Positions 1 to 12,581 are shown, counted from the stretch's first letter. The stretch is 64,000 nt of DNA from Octopus vulgaris (GCA_951406725.2 OX597820.1:18600001-18664000), one strand, 5' to 3'. Made by a program: numbers and translations. Notes: generated from the letters alone by a model not told the origin.

Positions 1-364
1 GAGTGTGTGTGCATGTGTGTATGCATGTGTGTGTGTGAGAGAGTGTACATGTGTGTATGCATGTGTACGTGTGAGAGACAGAGAGTGTGTGTGTGTGCAT
101 GTGTGTATATGTGTGTGTGAGAGAGAGAGAGAGAATGTGTGTGTGTGAGAGGGAGAGGGAGAGAGAGAACGTGTGTGTGTGCACATGCATGCATGTATGT
201 GTATAAGAGAGAGAGAGAGTGTGTATTTGTATGTGTGCACATGTGCGCATGTGGGCATGTTCCCATTATTTCCCTCTCACTAAAGTAAATTTCTTCCTTT
301 CATCACACTTTAATCTCTAATCTTTCAGTCATGGAAACATTTCAGTCTTGCAAGTTACCAAGTT

Positions 365-521
365 TTGAAAATAAAAATAAGAAATAAGTGGAAATTTTTT
401 CCGGTGAGTGTGTTAAATAATAAGGCACAAAAAGAAAATGACTCTCCCCAGACACAACAGAATATCCTTCAACACACGAACTCATATAAAGAATCTTGCA
501 AACCAAATCCAAAAACGAAAC
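365..521 (+). mobile_element. Unclassified interspersed repeat (3' part), same family as the insertion at 20922-21206
   Basis: AAATAAGAAATAAGTGGAAA...CCGGTGAGTGTGTTAAATAATAAGGCACAAAAAG...CCAAATCCAAAAACGAAA matches 20922-21206 (reverse and forward arms). Confidence 0.75.
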
Positions 522-548
522 CTGTAAGTTGTTTGGCAAATTAAGCAG

Positions 549-910
549 TGAGAATGCAGGGTTAAGAGGACATTTTAGTCTTGCTGAGGGTAACACAACC
601 TCTGTAGTGCTGGTGCCATATATGAAAAGCTCTGTAAATTCTATAAAATGATTGATGCGAGAAAGGGTATTCAGCCATAGATGCTAAACCAAAATTAAGA
701 CATTGGAACAAGACATGGTCCTTGGACATTGAGAATACAGGGTTAAGAGAATATTTTAGTCTTGTTGAGGGTAATACAACCTCTGTAGTGCTGGTGCCAT
801 AAATGAAAAGCTCTGTAAATTCTATAAAACGATTGATGCGAGTAAGGGCATTCAGCCATAGATGCTAAACCAAAATTAAGACATTGGAACAAGACATGGT
901 CCTTGGACAT
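549..910. repeat. Direct tandem duplication, 2 x 181 bp
   Basis: TGAGAAT(G/A)CAGGGTTAAGAG...CATGGTCCTTGGACAT occurs at 549-729 and again at 730-910 with scattered substitutions. Confidence 0.9.
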
Positions 911-1227
911 GTCGGATCTTGTAGAACCATCCAATTTATGCAAGCATAGAAAGGGAACATAATCATGGCGATTCACTATTGGTCTCTCTTTCGTCAGTTT
1001 GAAACTTTATAATGCATAAACTGTGTGTGTTTGTAGTTAAATGTAACAGCAGCAGTAACAGACAAGAAGTACACACCAAGTAGTAAAACAATAAACCTGA
1101 GGAAAGTTATGCTGCTTTGTATTTGGAGAAAAAGTAGTGGTCTTATTGCTTTGGTTGCAAGCAGGGAGACATGCGGATAAAAGAAGTTGAGGAAGAATTA
1201 CAGAGAATGGGAGCTGTACAATGAAGT

Positions 1228-1543
1228 TTTTTTTTTTTCTATGCGCCCTTTTCAAGCCTAGCCAGGCTCATGGACCCGGTTTCCTGGTTTCTGTGGTATA
1301 TGTGTTCCCCTCAGCTGGATGGGACACCAGTCCATCGCAGCGTTACTCAAGAAACAGGAAGAAAGAGTGAGAGAAAGTTGGGGCAACAGAGTAAAACAGG
1401 GGTCGCCACTACCCCCTGCCAGAGCCTCGTGGAGCTTTTAGGTGTTTTCGCTCAAAAACACACAACGCCTGGTCTGGGAATCGAAACTGCGATCCTCTGA
1501 CTGCGAGCCTGCTGCCCTAACGACTGGGCCATTGTGCCTTCAC
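1228..1543 (-). mobile_element. tRNA-derived SINE (family C, long variant) with poly-A tail
   Basis: Minus-strand head GTGAAGGCACAATGGCCCAGTCGTTAGGG with B-box GTTTCGATTCC; 3' end GCCTGGCTAGGCTTGAAAAGGGCGCAT shared with the 6317-7834 array; ACAATGA-like duplication on both flanks. Confidence 0.75.
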
Positions 1544-2226
1544 ACAATGAGGAAGTACTGTATGAATAAAATTTGTGTGAAACCCTGGTCAGTTGAATTG
1601 GTGCACAAACAAAGATGTGGAGACAGGGGAGTAATAAGTAGTTGTTGGCAAGAAAGTTGAAAGCAATGGCAAAAAAAAAGGTCAGTTGAATTGGCGTACA
1701 CATAAGCAAGGTGGATTCAAAAGTGGGGGAGAGTAGGTGATGGCAGCAATGTTGATATCAATGAAAACATAAGGTGCAGGGGGAGAAATAGGGGCATATA
1801 AACGCTGATAAGAATGTTAAGAATGATGAAAATTAAAAATAACATGTAAGAGAAAAATTTAATCTAAGAAATTGAATTGACTGGTTTTTAAGCAAGCAAA
1901 ACATGCAGAGAAATGGAGAGAGAAAGAAGAATAGTTGAACATCTTAAAGCAAGCATTATTTCTTAGAATTCCGTGAGTTTTCCATTTGTAAATTATTGAA
2001 ATTTATTTACATTTGCACAAAGGCAGGATTGCAGGTCATATCCTAAAATTTGTAGCCATACTTTATAACATCTGTAAGTATGGAATTCCATGACTAGAGT
2101 TTCGATAATGAGCAGGTGGCGGGGGAGGGGGGCTATCCGTATATGTACATAAATATGTATGGCTGTGTGTTGGTATGAGCATGTATGTGTGTGTGTGTGT
2201 ATGCCAGCAGGGAAAATAGACATTAA

Positions 2227-2355
2227 ATGACGATGACAATGATGATGATGATGATGATGATGACAACGACAACAACGACAATGATGATGGTGGTGGTGGT
2301 GGTGGTGGTGGTGGTGGTGGTGATGATGATGATGATGATGACAATGATGATGAAC

Positions 2356-2427
<72 letters not shown>
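2227..2427. repeat. Compound (GAT)n/(GGT)n microsatellite
   Basis: Direct reading; source of the poly-D/M/H ORFs. Confidence 0.95.
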
Positions 2428-2696
2428 ACAGGGATGAAGCGTTTTTGGTAGTGAATACAAGAGTATATCTGGAAATAATATTACGGTTAGTCAGAAGTGT
2501 AGAAACACAAACATTCTCAAAAGCCAGACAAAAAAAAATTCTCAAATGTAAAAACGTAAATATTCAAATTATTTCAATTCCTTTTACTTCGTTTTGTTTC
2601 ATTTCATCTCATCAGAAACTTTGAAGACTTTTTTCTGTACTTGGATACCATTATATGAATGAAGGAACAATTCCTTCTTTTCTTCTGACTAACACT

Positions 2697-3651
<955 letters not shown>

Positions 3652-3961
3652 GCAGGCATATATATACATATGCCCATATACATGTAGGCACTTGTGTATA
3701 CATACTTTAGTCAGATTACTGTTGTCTCCACTACCATTCAACCACTTGTTTCCAGTAAAACCCAAATGTGAAACCATTAATCCAGACACATTTTTTTTTT
3801 ACTCTCCCCTTTTCTTTCCTCACTCCTTTCTCTTGATGAACATAGGTTCGAAACATCAAAACTCTTCCATTATTCTTCAGTGTCAAAATAATATACCTTG
3901 CTTGTTGTTCTGTCACTTGTCTCTGTTTTTTTTGATATTTGCACATTTTGAGCTATATATA

Positions 3962-4168
3962 TTCTTTTACTCATTTCAGATATTTGACTATGGCCATGCT
4001 GGAGCAGTGCCTTTAGTCAAACAAATCGACCCCAAGACTTATTCTTTATAAGCCTAGTATATATTCTATTGGTCTCTTTTGCCAAACCATTAAGTTACAG
4101 GGATGTAAATGCACCAGCATCAGTTGTCAAGCGATGGTGGGTGGACAAACACAAACACACACATATAT

Positions 4169-4256
<88 letters not shown>

Positions 4257-4420
4257 CAACAGGTTTCTTTCAGTTTCCGTCTACCAAATCCACTCACAAG
4301 ACTTTGGTCGGCCTGAGGCTATAGCAGAAGATACTTGCCCAACGTGCCATGCAGTGAGACTGAACCCAGAACCATGTGCTTGGTAAGTAAGCTACTTACC
4401 ACACAGCCACTCCTGCTCCT
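3962..4420 (-). mobile_element. tRNA-derived SINE family A (~450 bp, internal (TA)n/(TG)n); representative full-length copy
   Basis: Head AGGAGCAGGAGTGGCTGTGTGGTAAG...GGTTCAGTC, CORE-like TTGGGCAAGT, tail GTAAAAGA. More than 20 full or partial copies in the window, e.g. 5530-5695, 17625-18028, 23210-23595, 31225-31552, 46895-47320, 58207-58610, 61998-62400. Confidence 0.9.
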
Positions 4421-4436
4421 ATTAAAAGTGTGAGAC

Positions 4437-4554
4437 ACTTACAGCACCTAGGGTTCTCCAGCAGTCACCCATCTAAGTACTCACTAAGCTTGACATTGCT
4501 TAACTTCGGTGATTGGACGAGAACTGGTGCTTTCAACATGATATGGCTGTAAGC
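4437..4554 (-). pseudogene. 5S rRNA: 5S rRNA pseudogene (dispersed copy)
   Basis: Minus strand GCTTACAGCCATATCATGTTGAAAGCACCAGTTCTCGTCCAATCACCGAAGTTAAGCAATGTC...AGTACTTAGATGGGTGACTGC...GGTGCTGTAAGT; 118 nt, box A/IE/box C recognisable, several CpG sites decayed, TTTT about 10 nt downstream. Confidence 0.9.
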
Positions 4555-4714
4555 CATATAAATATATATATGTATATTATATAGATAGAGAGATAGTTAT
4601 AGACATGTGTACATACATAGGTGCAGGAGTGGTTGTGTTTATATATATGTGTGTGTGTATATATATATATGTATTGTATGTATGTATGCATATGTATGTA
4701 TGTTTATATATATA

Positions 4715-4760
<46 letters not shown>

Positions 4761-5399
4761 CATACACATATATATATATGAGTGTGTGTATGTGTACCAT
4801 GTTTACATTACCAGTCAGAAAACTAGTATAGATGATGTTGCTAACTTGTTATGGCCTATACCATTTTTGGCTAAATATCTGTGCTATTTGAATCAATATT
4901 CGAAAATGGTGCTAATGTTTCTACAGTAGAAAGAAATAAACAATTCCACAAATCTATAAAACCAAAAAAAATAAAAAAAAAGCAAGTGTTATAATCTCCT
5001 GTTATGGGCAACTGTACATAGATAGTCGATGGTATTAGTGTACGCTCTTGAAATGATTCAGTGAGCTTTTTTAAAATGCTTCGCAGAATCCCTATACTTT
5101 TTAGCACATTGATCAATTGATTTTTATGTTTTAATACAAAAATAAATTATTTTAAATATGAAAAAAAAATAACGAGGTAAAACAATTTTTAAATAAGAAA
5201 TTGCTGTAATTCAATCAATTGCTGATTTCAACAACTGGTTCTTCAAAATTCTGTTCACATACACACACACACACAAATATATACATAATATATATAATAT
5301 ATAATATATATATAACTGGAGTTTTATCATGGCTACCGAATAATTGTCACATATTACATTTACAGATAAATTCCTCTATTTACATAATATCGAGGTCTC

Positions 5400-5520
5400 T
5401 TTCATTCTTTTATTGTCTTAACATTTCTGTCCTTGTTGCGTTTACATTCGTTCCTTTTTCCAAGAAATCTAATGCTCGCAGCTTAGTTTTTCATTGGGGA
5501 TGGCCACATCAGAGCAATAT
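5400..5520 (-). mobile_element. Unclassified repeat, homologous in opposite orientation to 32960-33075; possibly a Penelope terminal repeat
   Basis: GAAAAACTAAGCTGCGAGCATTAGATTTCTTGGAAAAAGGAACGAATGTA...CAAGGACAGAAA versus GAAAAACTAAGCTAAGAGCTTTAAATTCCTTGGAAGAAAACAGCGAATGTA...CAAGGACAGAAA. Confidence 0.6.
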
Positions 5521-6316
5521 AAACATATACGAAGGGCTTCTTTCAGTTTCCATCTAACAAATCCACTCACAAGGCTTTGGTCAGCCCGGGGCTATAGTAG
5601 AAGACGCTTGCCCAAGGTGCCACGCAGTGGGACTGAACCCAGAGTCATGTGGTTGGTAAGCAAGCTACTTACCCCACGGCCACTCCTGCACCTAAGCAGA
5701 ATAATATTTTCCAGTAGAATTCTGTCATATGAAAATGAAGTCATGCATATACAAAAATGAGACCTAATCATGAATTTGTTGCCAAAGTAAGAAGCTAGAT
5801 AAAAACTATCTGTGAATTCAACCAAAAAATTAAAAAAAGGAAAAACAAAAGTGAAAAAAAATACCCTCCGCCACTTACTCATGGACATCCACAAACACAA
5901 ATAAGCTAGATATAACACATAAGGTCTACTACAAAAATCAAACGAACCTATGATATAAAGACGAAAAAAGACTTCTAAAGAGGATAATCAAATAATATTA
6001 CAGTGCAACAAATCTAATAAGAATTTAAAATTAGTTGTGTACAACAAAACAACAAAACTCCGATATCTGTCTTTCTTTCACATCATAACACATATACCAA
6101 CACTAACACCAGCTCCAAAAAAACTATCATCTATCTACGTAATATAATATTTTTAAATGACAGAATACACAGCTTGAAAACGCATTTAACAATGTATTAT
6201 GTGAAAGCAACAATATATCTGCATTTAACAGTCTTTACTGCAAGGAAACACAGACAAACGTCGCTAAAATAGTTTATTAATTCAACAGCAGAGGCAAGGA
6301 GTGTTGAAGCTATAGT

Positions 6317-7834
6317 AAAATAATAAATGCACCTTTTTAAAGCCTTGCCAGGCTCATGGGACCGGTTTCCCAGTTTCAATGGTGTATGCGTTCCCCAGCT
6401 GGATGGGACGCCAGTCCATCGCAGCGTTACTCATTTTTGCCAGATAAATGGACTGGAGCAACGTGAAATGAAGTGTTTTGCTCAAGAACACAATGCGTCG
6501 CCCGGTCCAGGAATCAAAACCACAATCTTACGATCATGATGCTGACACTCTAACCACTAAGCCACGTGCCTCCACTAAATGCGCCCTTTTAAAGCCTAGC
6601 CAAGCTCATGGACCCAGTTTCTCGGTTTCTATGGTGTATGTGTTCCCCAGCTGGACGGGACGCCAGTCCATCGCAGCGTTACTCATTTTTGTCAGCTGAG
6701 TGGACTGGAGCAACATGAAATGAAGTGTTTTGCTCAAGAACACAACGTGTCGCCCGGTCCAGGAATCGAAACCACAATCTTACAATCATGAGGCTGACAC
6801 TCTAACCACTAAGCCACGTGTCTCCACTAAACGCTCCCTTTTAAAGCCTAGCCAGGCTCATGGGCCTGGTTTCCTGGTTTCAATGGTGTATGTGTTCCCC
6901 AGCTGGATGGGACGCCAGTCCATCGCAGCGTTACTCATTTTTGCCAGATAAATGGACTGGAGCAACGTGAAATGAAGTGTTTTGCTCAAGAACACAATGC
7001 GTCGCCCGGTCCAGGAATCAAAACCACAATCTTACGATCATGATGCTGACACTCTAACCACTAAGCCACGTGCCTCCACTAAATGCGCCCTTTTAAAGCC
7101 TAGCCAGGCTCATGGACCCAGTTTCTCGGTTTCTATGGTGTTTGTGCTCCCCAGCTGGACGGGACGCCAGTCCATTGCAGCGTTACTCATTTTTGTCAGC
7201 TGAGTGGACTGGAGCAACATGAAATGAAGTGTTTTGCTCAAGAACACAACGTGTCGCCCGGTCCAGGAATCGAAACCACAATCTTACAATCATGAGGCTG
7301 ACACTCTAACCACTAAGCCACGTGTCTCCACTAAATGCTCCCTTTTAAAGCCTAGCCAGAGTCATGGGGCCCGGTTTCCCAGTTTCAATGGTGTATGCGT
7401 TCCCCAGCTGGATGGGACACCAGTCCATCACAGTGTTACTCATTTTTGCTAGCTGAGTGGACTGGAGCAACGTGAAATGAAGTGTTTTGCTCAAGAACAC
7501 ATGTCGCCTGGTCCAGGAATCGAAACCACAATCTTATGATCATGATGCTGACACCCTAACCACTAAGCCACATGCCTCCACTAAATGCAGCCTGTTAAAG
7601 CCTAGCCAGGCTCATGGGCCTGGTTTCCCGGTTTCTATGGCGTATGTGTTCCCCAGCTGGATGGGACACCAGTCCATTGCAACGTTATTCATTTTTGCCA
7701 GATGAGTGGACTGCAGCAACGTGAAATGAAGTGTTTTGCTCAAGAACACAATGCGTCGCCCGGTTCAGGAATTGAAACCACAGTCTTACGATCATGATGC
7801 TGAACACCCTAACCACTAAGCCACATGCCTCCAC
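6317..7834 (-). mobile_element. Head-to-tail hexamer of a ~252-bp tRNA-derived SINE (family C) bounded by one 13-bp TSD
   Basis: Unit ends at 6575, 6827, 7079, 7331, 7581, 7834; each unit has A-box TGGCTTAGTGG and B-box GGTTT(C/T)(G/A)ATTCC; TTGAAGCTATAGT at 6304-6316 and 7835-7847. Confidence 0.95.
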
Positions 7835-8134
7835 TTGAAGCTATAGTGCTGATTATTAAAAATTGGGGAAAACATGCACATGTCTTAATAGGTGACTGAC
7901 TATGCATCTTCAAAATAATGTGACATTACTACTCTTTAAATATTCTTTTGTTTTTACCATTTACCATTTACCATTTACTTGTTTCAGTTGTTATACTACG
8001 GCCAAGCTGGAGCACCGCCTTGAAGAAATTTTAGTTGAATGTAGTGATCCCCATCCCCACCTAGTACTTATTATTCACTTTTTTAAAGCCTAGTACTTAT
8101 TTTATCGGTTTCTTTTGCCAGAACGCTGAATTAC

Positions 8135-8752
8135 ATCATCATCATCATCATCATCGTCATCGTTTAACGTCTGCTTTCCATGCTGGCATAAGTTGGACGA
8201 TTTGACTGAGGACTGGCGAGCCAGATGGCTACTCCAGGTTCCAATCTGATCTGGCAGAGTTTCTACAGCTGGATGCCCTTCCTAATGCCAACCACTCCAA
8301 GAGTGTAGTGGGTGCTTTTATGTGCCACCGGCACGAGGGCCAGTCAGGCGATACTGGCAATGGCCACACTCAAATGGTGTTTTTTACATGCCACCTGCAC
8401 AGGAGCCAGTCCAGCAGCAATGGCAACAACCTTGCTCAAATGTTTTTTCCCATACCACTGGCACAAGTGCCAGTAAGGTGACGCTGGTAACGATCACGCT
8501 CGAATGGTTCTGTTTACGTGCCACCGGCACAGAAGCCAGTTAGCTGCTCTGGCAACGATCAATCTGAGATGGTGCTCTTAGCACTCCACTGGCACAGGTG
8601 CCAGTCATCGAATTTGATTTCAATTTCACTTGCCTCAACAGGACTTCGCAAGCAGAGTTTAGTGTCCAATGAAAGAAAGGTACGCATAAGTGGGCTGGTT
8701 ACACCCCTGGCATAGGCCATGAGGTTATATTCTCACTTGGCTTGCCGGGTCA
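8135..8752 (-). mobile_element. RTE-clade LINE 3' end (ORF stop, 3' UTR with internal ~55-60-bp tandem units, (GAT)n tail)
   Basis: Minus strand GACCCGGCAAGCCAAGTGA ORF end, repeated GTGGCACGTAAAAAGCACC units, tail GACGTTAAACG(ATG)n. The same 3' UTR recurs at 12070-12500, 14530-14760, 18420-18740, 19755-20065, 25120-25560, 38757-39420, 48200-48510, 49886-50225, 56100-56500, 57045-57360. Confidence 0.8.
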
Positions 8753-9130
8753 GGGACACAAACACACCACCACCGATTGCCAAGCAGTGTGGGGGGGACA
8801 AACACACACACACACACACATATATGCATATAAATCAGAAATGGAAATTTACTAGATGTGTCATTTGTTTGTATAAGATAATAAAACTGAATTGAATTTA
8901 TATCTTAATGATTAAATTATTTAATTGATCAATTTATTGTTTTGGTTTCCATTTCTAATTTATATTTATATTTTGATAAACTGTATGTTTATTTTATTTA
9001 TTTATTTACCTATTTGTCAAGAGCGATCGTTCATAACATTGTTATTTATATAGGTAAAAAAAAACCAGTAAATTCTTTGGATTTTTATTATCCCTTAGGT
9101 GGTTATTTAACACCTAACCAAATTTATATA

Positions 9131-9380
9131 TCTATTATATAAAATCCGTTCTGTCTGTCTGTGTGTGTGTCTGCTATGATCTCGGGCATCTTCCATCCGA
9201 TTGCACTCAAATTTGATCTGCAGATACCAACAGTATCAGGGCATGTATAAGTCTTGAAAAAATTACAAAAGTCGATTCCAGGTGAGAATGCGATTGATAA
9301 ACCCGTGGGAACGTGCATTTGTACGTGCAAGTACATCAGTCGAAATCTGTCTTTTGCTGGTGTCTCAAATTTAGGTTAAA
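9131..9380 (+). mobile_element. Non-autonomous Helitron-like fragment (5' end)
   Basis: A^TCTATTATATAAAATCCGTT start followed by (GTCT)n/(GT)n and CCGATTGCACTCAAATTTG, typical of animal non-autonomous Helitrons; no 3' hairpin-CTAG seen. Confidence 0.5.
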
Positions 9381-9911
9381 TCAGTGTTTCTCAAGGGGGA
9401 GGCCTTTCGGATGGTCGGACAAGTTGTTTTGAGAAAATTTGGTTTAAATGTTTGACAACTCAGCACCGTCCATTGGACAGGGGGCATTTTGCTTGTATAT
9501 ACATATATGTAGACATATATGACAGACTTCTTTTGGTTTCTGTCTACCAAATCCATTCACAAGACTTTGGTCGACCAGGGGCTGTAGTAGAAGATACTTG
9601 CCCAAGGTGTCACGCAGTGGGACTGAACCTGGAACCATGTCACTGGTAAATAAGTTTCTTATCATACAGCCACACCTGTGAGAGAGACAGACGGACAGAC
9701 AGACAGAAACTGAGAAACTGTTTATATGGCCAGCATTTCGTCTGTCTTTACATTCTGAGTTCAAATTCTGCTGAGGTCAACTTTACTTTTCAAATTTTCA
9801 GGGTTGATAAAGTACGTACCAGTTGAGCACTGGGGTCGATGTAATTGATTTACTCCTACCCCGAAATTGCAGGCCTTGTGACAAAATTTGAAATCATTAT
9901 TAATATCATCA

Positions 9912-9972
9912 TTATTACATCTGCCAAGGAAGGAGGTTATGTTTTCATCGGCGTTGGTTTGTCCATCTGTTC
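9912..9972 (+). mobile_element. Helentron/DINE-like (HINE) 5' fragment
   Basis: TTATTACATCTGCCAAGGAAGGAGGTTATGTTTTCATCGGCGTTGGTTTGTCCATCTGT resembles HINE 5' ends. Confidence 0.45.
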
Positions 9973-10129
9973 TAGAGAATGTCTGTAAAAACTTAAGAAA
10001 ATTAGAAGTTTGTTTTACAAGTAATTTGATTATAAGATGATACTGTTTATGTTAAGATGATAGCAAAATGTGTTTGCTATAATGTACATTTAAAAGAAAT
10101 TTGACACTGTCTACAGATTAAAATGTTTT

Positions 10130-11000
10130 AGGGATTACATAGACAATAATTTTGGTAGGATATGAGCATTTCCCAGCGCACTATTTTTTAAATTTCTTTC
10201 ATTTTTGGATTTCCTGGTATCTGAGCTAGGTAGCAATCAGCCCCTTTTGCTATCATTCTTAGGGCACCTATGACAACAGGTATTGTTTTAGTCTTTAGGT
10301 TCCACATTTTGCCGATTTCTATTTCAAGACCTTTATACTTGCTCAGTTTTTGGTAGGTCTTCACAGATACGTTTATGTTGATTGTGACTGTTTTATCGAT
10401 GAGGAGACATGATTTTTGTCTGAAAGAAGGGCGGTGAGCTGGCAGAATCGTTAGTACACTGGACGAAATGCTTAGTGGTATTTCGTCTGCCTGTATGTTC
10501 TGAGTTCAAATTCTGCTGAGGTCGACTTTACCTTTCATCCTTTCGGGGTCGATAAATTAAGTACCAGTGAAACACTGGGGTCAGTTTAATCGACTAGTCT
10601 CCACCCTCACAATTTCAGGCCTCGTGCCTATAGTAGAAAGGATTTTTGTCTGAAATTCCTCAATATAATGTCTGGCCTATTTGCATCTATCTTTCTGTCA
10701 GTTTGACTAGTAAAGTTTCAAAGCAGTGAGATGTGATTATTTTCAAGCACTGGAGGTGGTTTGTGCTTCCACCAATTTTTATCATGGGACAGATCAAAGT
10801 CTTTGCGGATTATCCAGTGAATATACTGTGGCACTCTACCATGCTGAGATAATCTGTAGGTGTAACAAGGCTGCACATGGAGACAACATGATAAATGGTT
10901 CCATTTTGTTGGTTACAAACATGACATGTTAAGCTACTGCCATTCTTTAAGATATTGGCCTCATAGCTTCTTGTAAGTAGGCATTGATCTTACTGATTAT
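10130..11000 (-). mobile_element. Degenerate R4/Dong-type LINE 3' fragment, interrupted by a SINE
   Basis: Nucleotide homology to 27100-27740 (e.g. AGGGCACCTATGACAACAGGTATTG, TATCTTTCTGTCAGTTTGA, GTAGGCATTGATCT). Confidence 0.85.
10426..10640 (+). mobile_element. tRNA-derived SINE family B (~215 bp) with 15-bp TSD
   Basis: GGCGGTGAGCTGGCAGAATCGTTAG...GAGTTCAAATTC...CTTTCATCCTTTCGGGGTCGATAAATTAAGTACCAG (core recalls the MetaSINE domain, unverified); TSD GATTTTTGTCTGAAA at 10411-10425 and 10641-10655. Confidence 0.9.
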
Positions 11001-11015
11001 AGGTAGGCATGAATC

Positions 11016-11065
<50 letters not shown>

Positions 11066-11619
11066 GAGTGAGAGAGCAGTGCATGCCATCAAAGTGACAC
11101 TGGGGTAAAATATACGAAGCCCAATATACCCATCATGACTACCCGTCTGATAAGGGTACACCAGGCACATGCATCACAACCATATGTGCGCGACATGGTG
11201 ATCTCATATCAAGATAAACAGCACATGACCTTGCAGGTGGGGCCCAGTTAGAATTTTCATCAGGTTGAGTAGCCCATCCCGCTCAAAAGGTCCCTGAATA
11301 AGGGTTGTTTAAGGATGTTGAAAGAACCACCCATGTTTCCAGAGGTGAATTATTCAAACCCCAAAGAATCCCTCTCAACACATGGCTATGATGCTCCCCC
11401 ACTACTTCTGCTCGTGATCAGAGATGCACATATCGTCAGCCACTAAGGGACATGCTCAACTGGTTAAGGTCAAACAACTGACAAGCAAATCTGTGGTATT
11501 GAGCAGAATATTTGCTGTAGCCCATCTTTTATACCAAGACAAAACAATGTACATGATAACACTTCCAATCAGTTAAGATCAGAAGCCATGAGAGCCACTG
11601 CCTGGTACTGCATCAGGGC

Positions 11620-11621
<2 letters not shown>
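11066..11621 (-). mobile_element. ~555-bp non-coding element inserted in (TTA)n, copy 1
   Basis: Flanked by (TTA)n on both sides; colinear end to end with 26022-26563; strand assigned by analogy with the neighbouring Dong copies. Confidence 0.85.
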
Positions 11622-11655
<34 letters not shown>

Positions 11656-11656
11656 T

Positions 11657-11983
11657 CTATGTTTGACTTTTACTTTATATTTGTATAAGTTGGCTCCAAG
11701 TCTCACCCAGAGACCTCAAGAGGCAACAGGTTGGAAGTTCGTATTGTTGTTATGCCTAGTGTGCCATATATTTGGTTTTGTATTTAGTGTTGTACTAGTG
11801 AATGTCTAAAAAGCCATACAAAAATTATGTTTGTTTTAAAAACTTGAGATTACATAGAAAGTATTTTGCGTAGGATATGAGCAGTTCCCATGAGCACTAT
11901 CTTTTGAATTTCTGCCATTTTGGGGTTTCCTGGTATCTGAGTAAGGTAGTGATCAGCCCCTTTTGCTATCATTCCCAGGGCAC

Positions 11984-11984
<1 letters not shown>
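11657..11984 (-). mobile_element. 5'-truncated R4/Dong-type LINE (last codons plus 3' UTR) in (TTA)n
   Basis: Homologous to 26908-27235; encodes ...GALGMIAKGADHYLTQIPGNPKMAEIQKIVLMGTAHILRKILSM*; (TTA)n on both sides. Confidence 0.9.
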
Positions 11985-12028
<44 letters not shown>

Positions 12029-12519
12029 CATCATCATTATTATTATTATTGTGCTAGTGGAGCGCTAAGAGCACAATCCAAGCATGATTGTTGTCAGAGC
12101 AGCATACTGGCTTCCATGCCAGTGGCACATAAAAAGCACCATTCGCACATGATTATTACCACTGTCACCTTACTGGCACATGAAAAGACATTCGAGCGAA
12201 GTCATTGCCAGTGCCATTGGACTGGCTCCTGTGAAGGTGCCATGTAAAAAAAAACCCATTTGAGCATGGCCATTGTCAGTACCGCCTGAATGGCCCTCAT
12301 GCCGGTGGCACGTAAAAATAGCTACTACACTCTCAGAGTGGTTGGCATTAGGAAGGGCATCCAGCTGTAGAAATTCTGCCAGCTCAGACTGGAGCCTGGT
12401 GCAGCCATCTGGTTCACCAGTCCTCAGTCAAATCGTCCAACCCATGCTAGCATGGAAAGCGGATGATGATGATGATGATGAGGAGGATGATGATGATGAT
12501 GAGGATGATGATGATGATG

Positions 12520-12581
<62 letters not shown>

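Noticed and set aside
2590-2625. Minus-strand CTGATGA...GAAA as a hammerhead
   Set aside because: No stem II or stem I pairing can be formed
6478-7705. Five similar 72-73-aa ORFs as a tandem peptide gene family
   Set aside because: They are antisense frames across SINE junctions with TTG starts
11250-11270. CTGATGA in the 555-bp element as a hammerhead core
   Set aside because: Not conserved in the second copy (CATGAAGA) and no supporting stems; a manual HDV-like fold of the 5' end also failed
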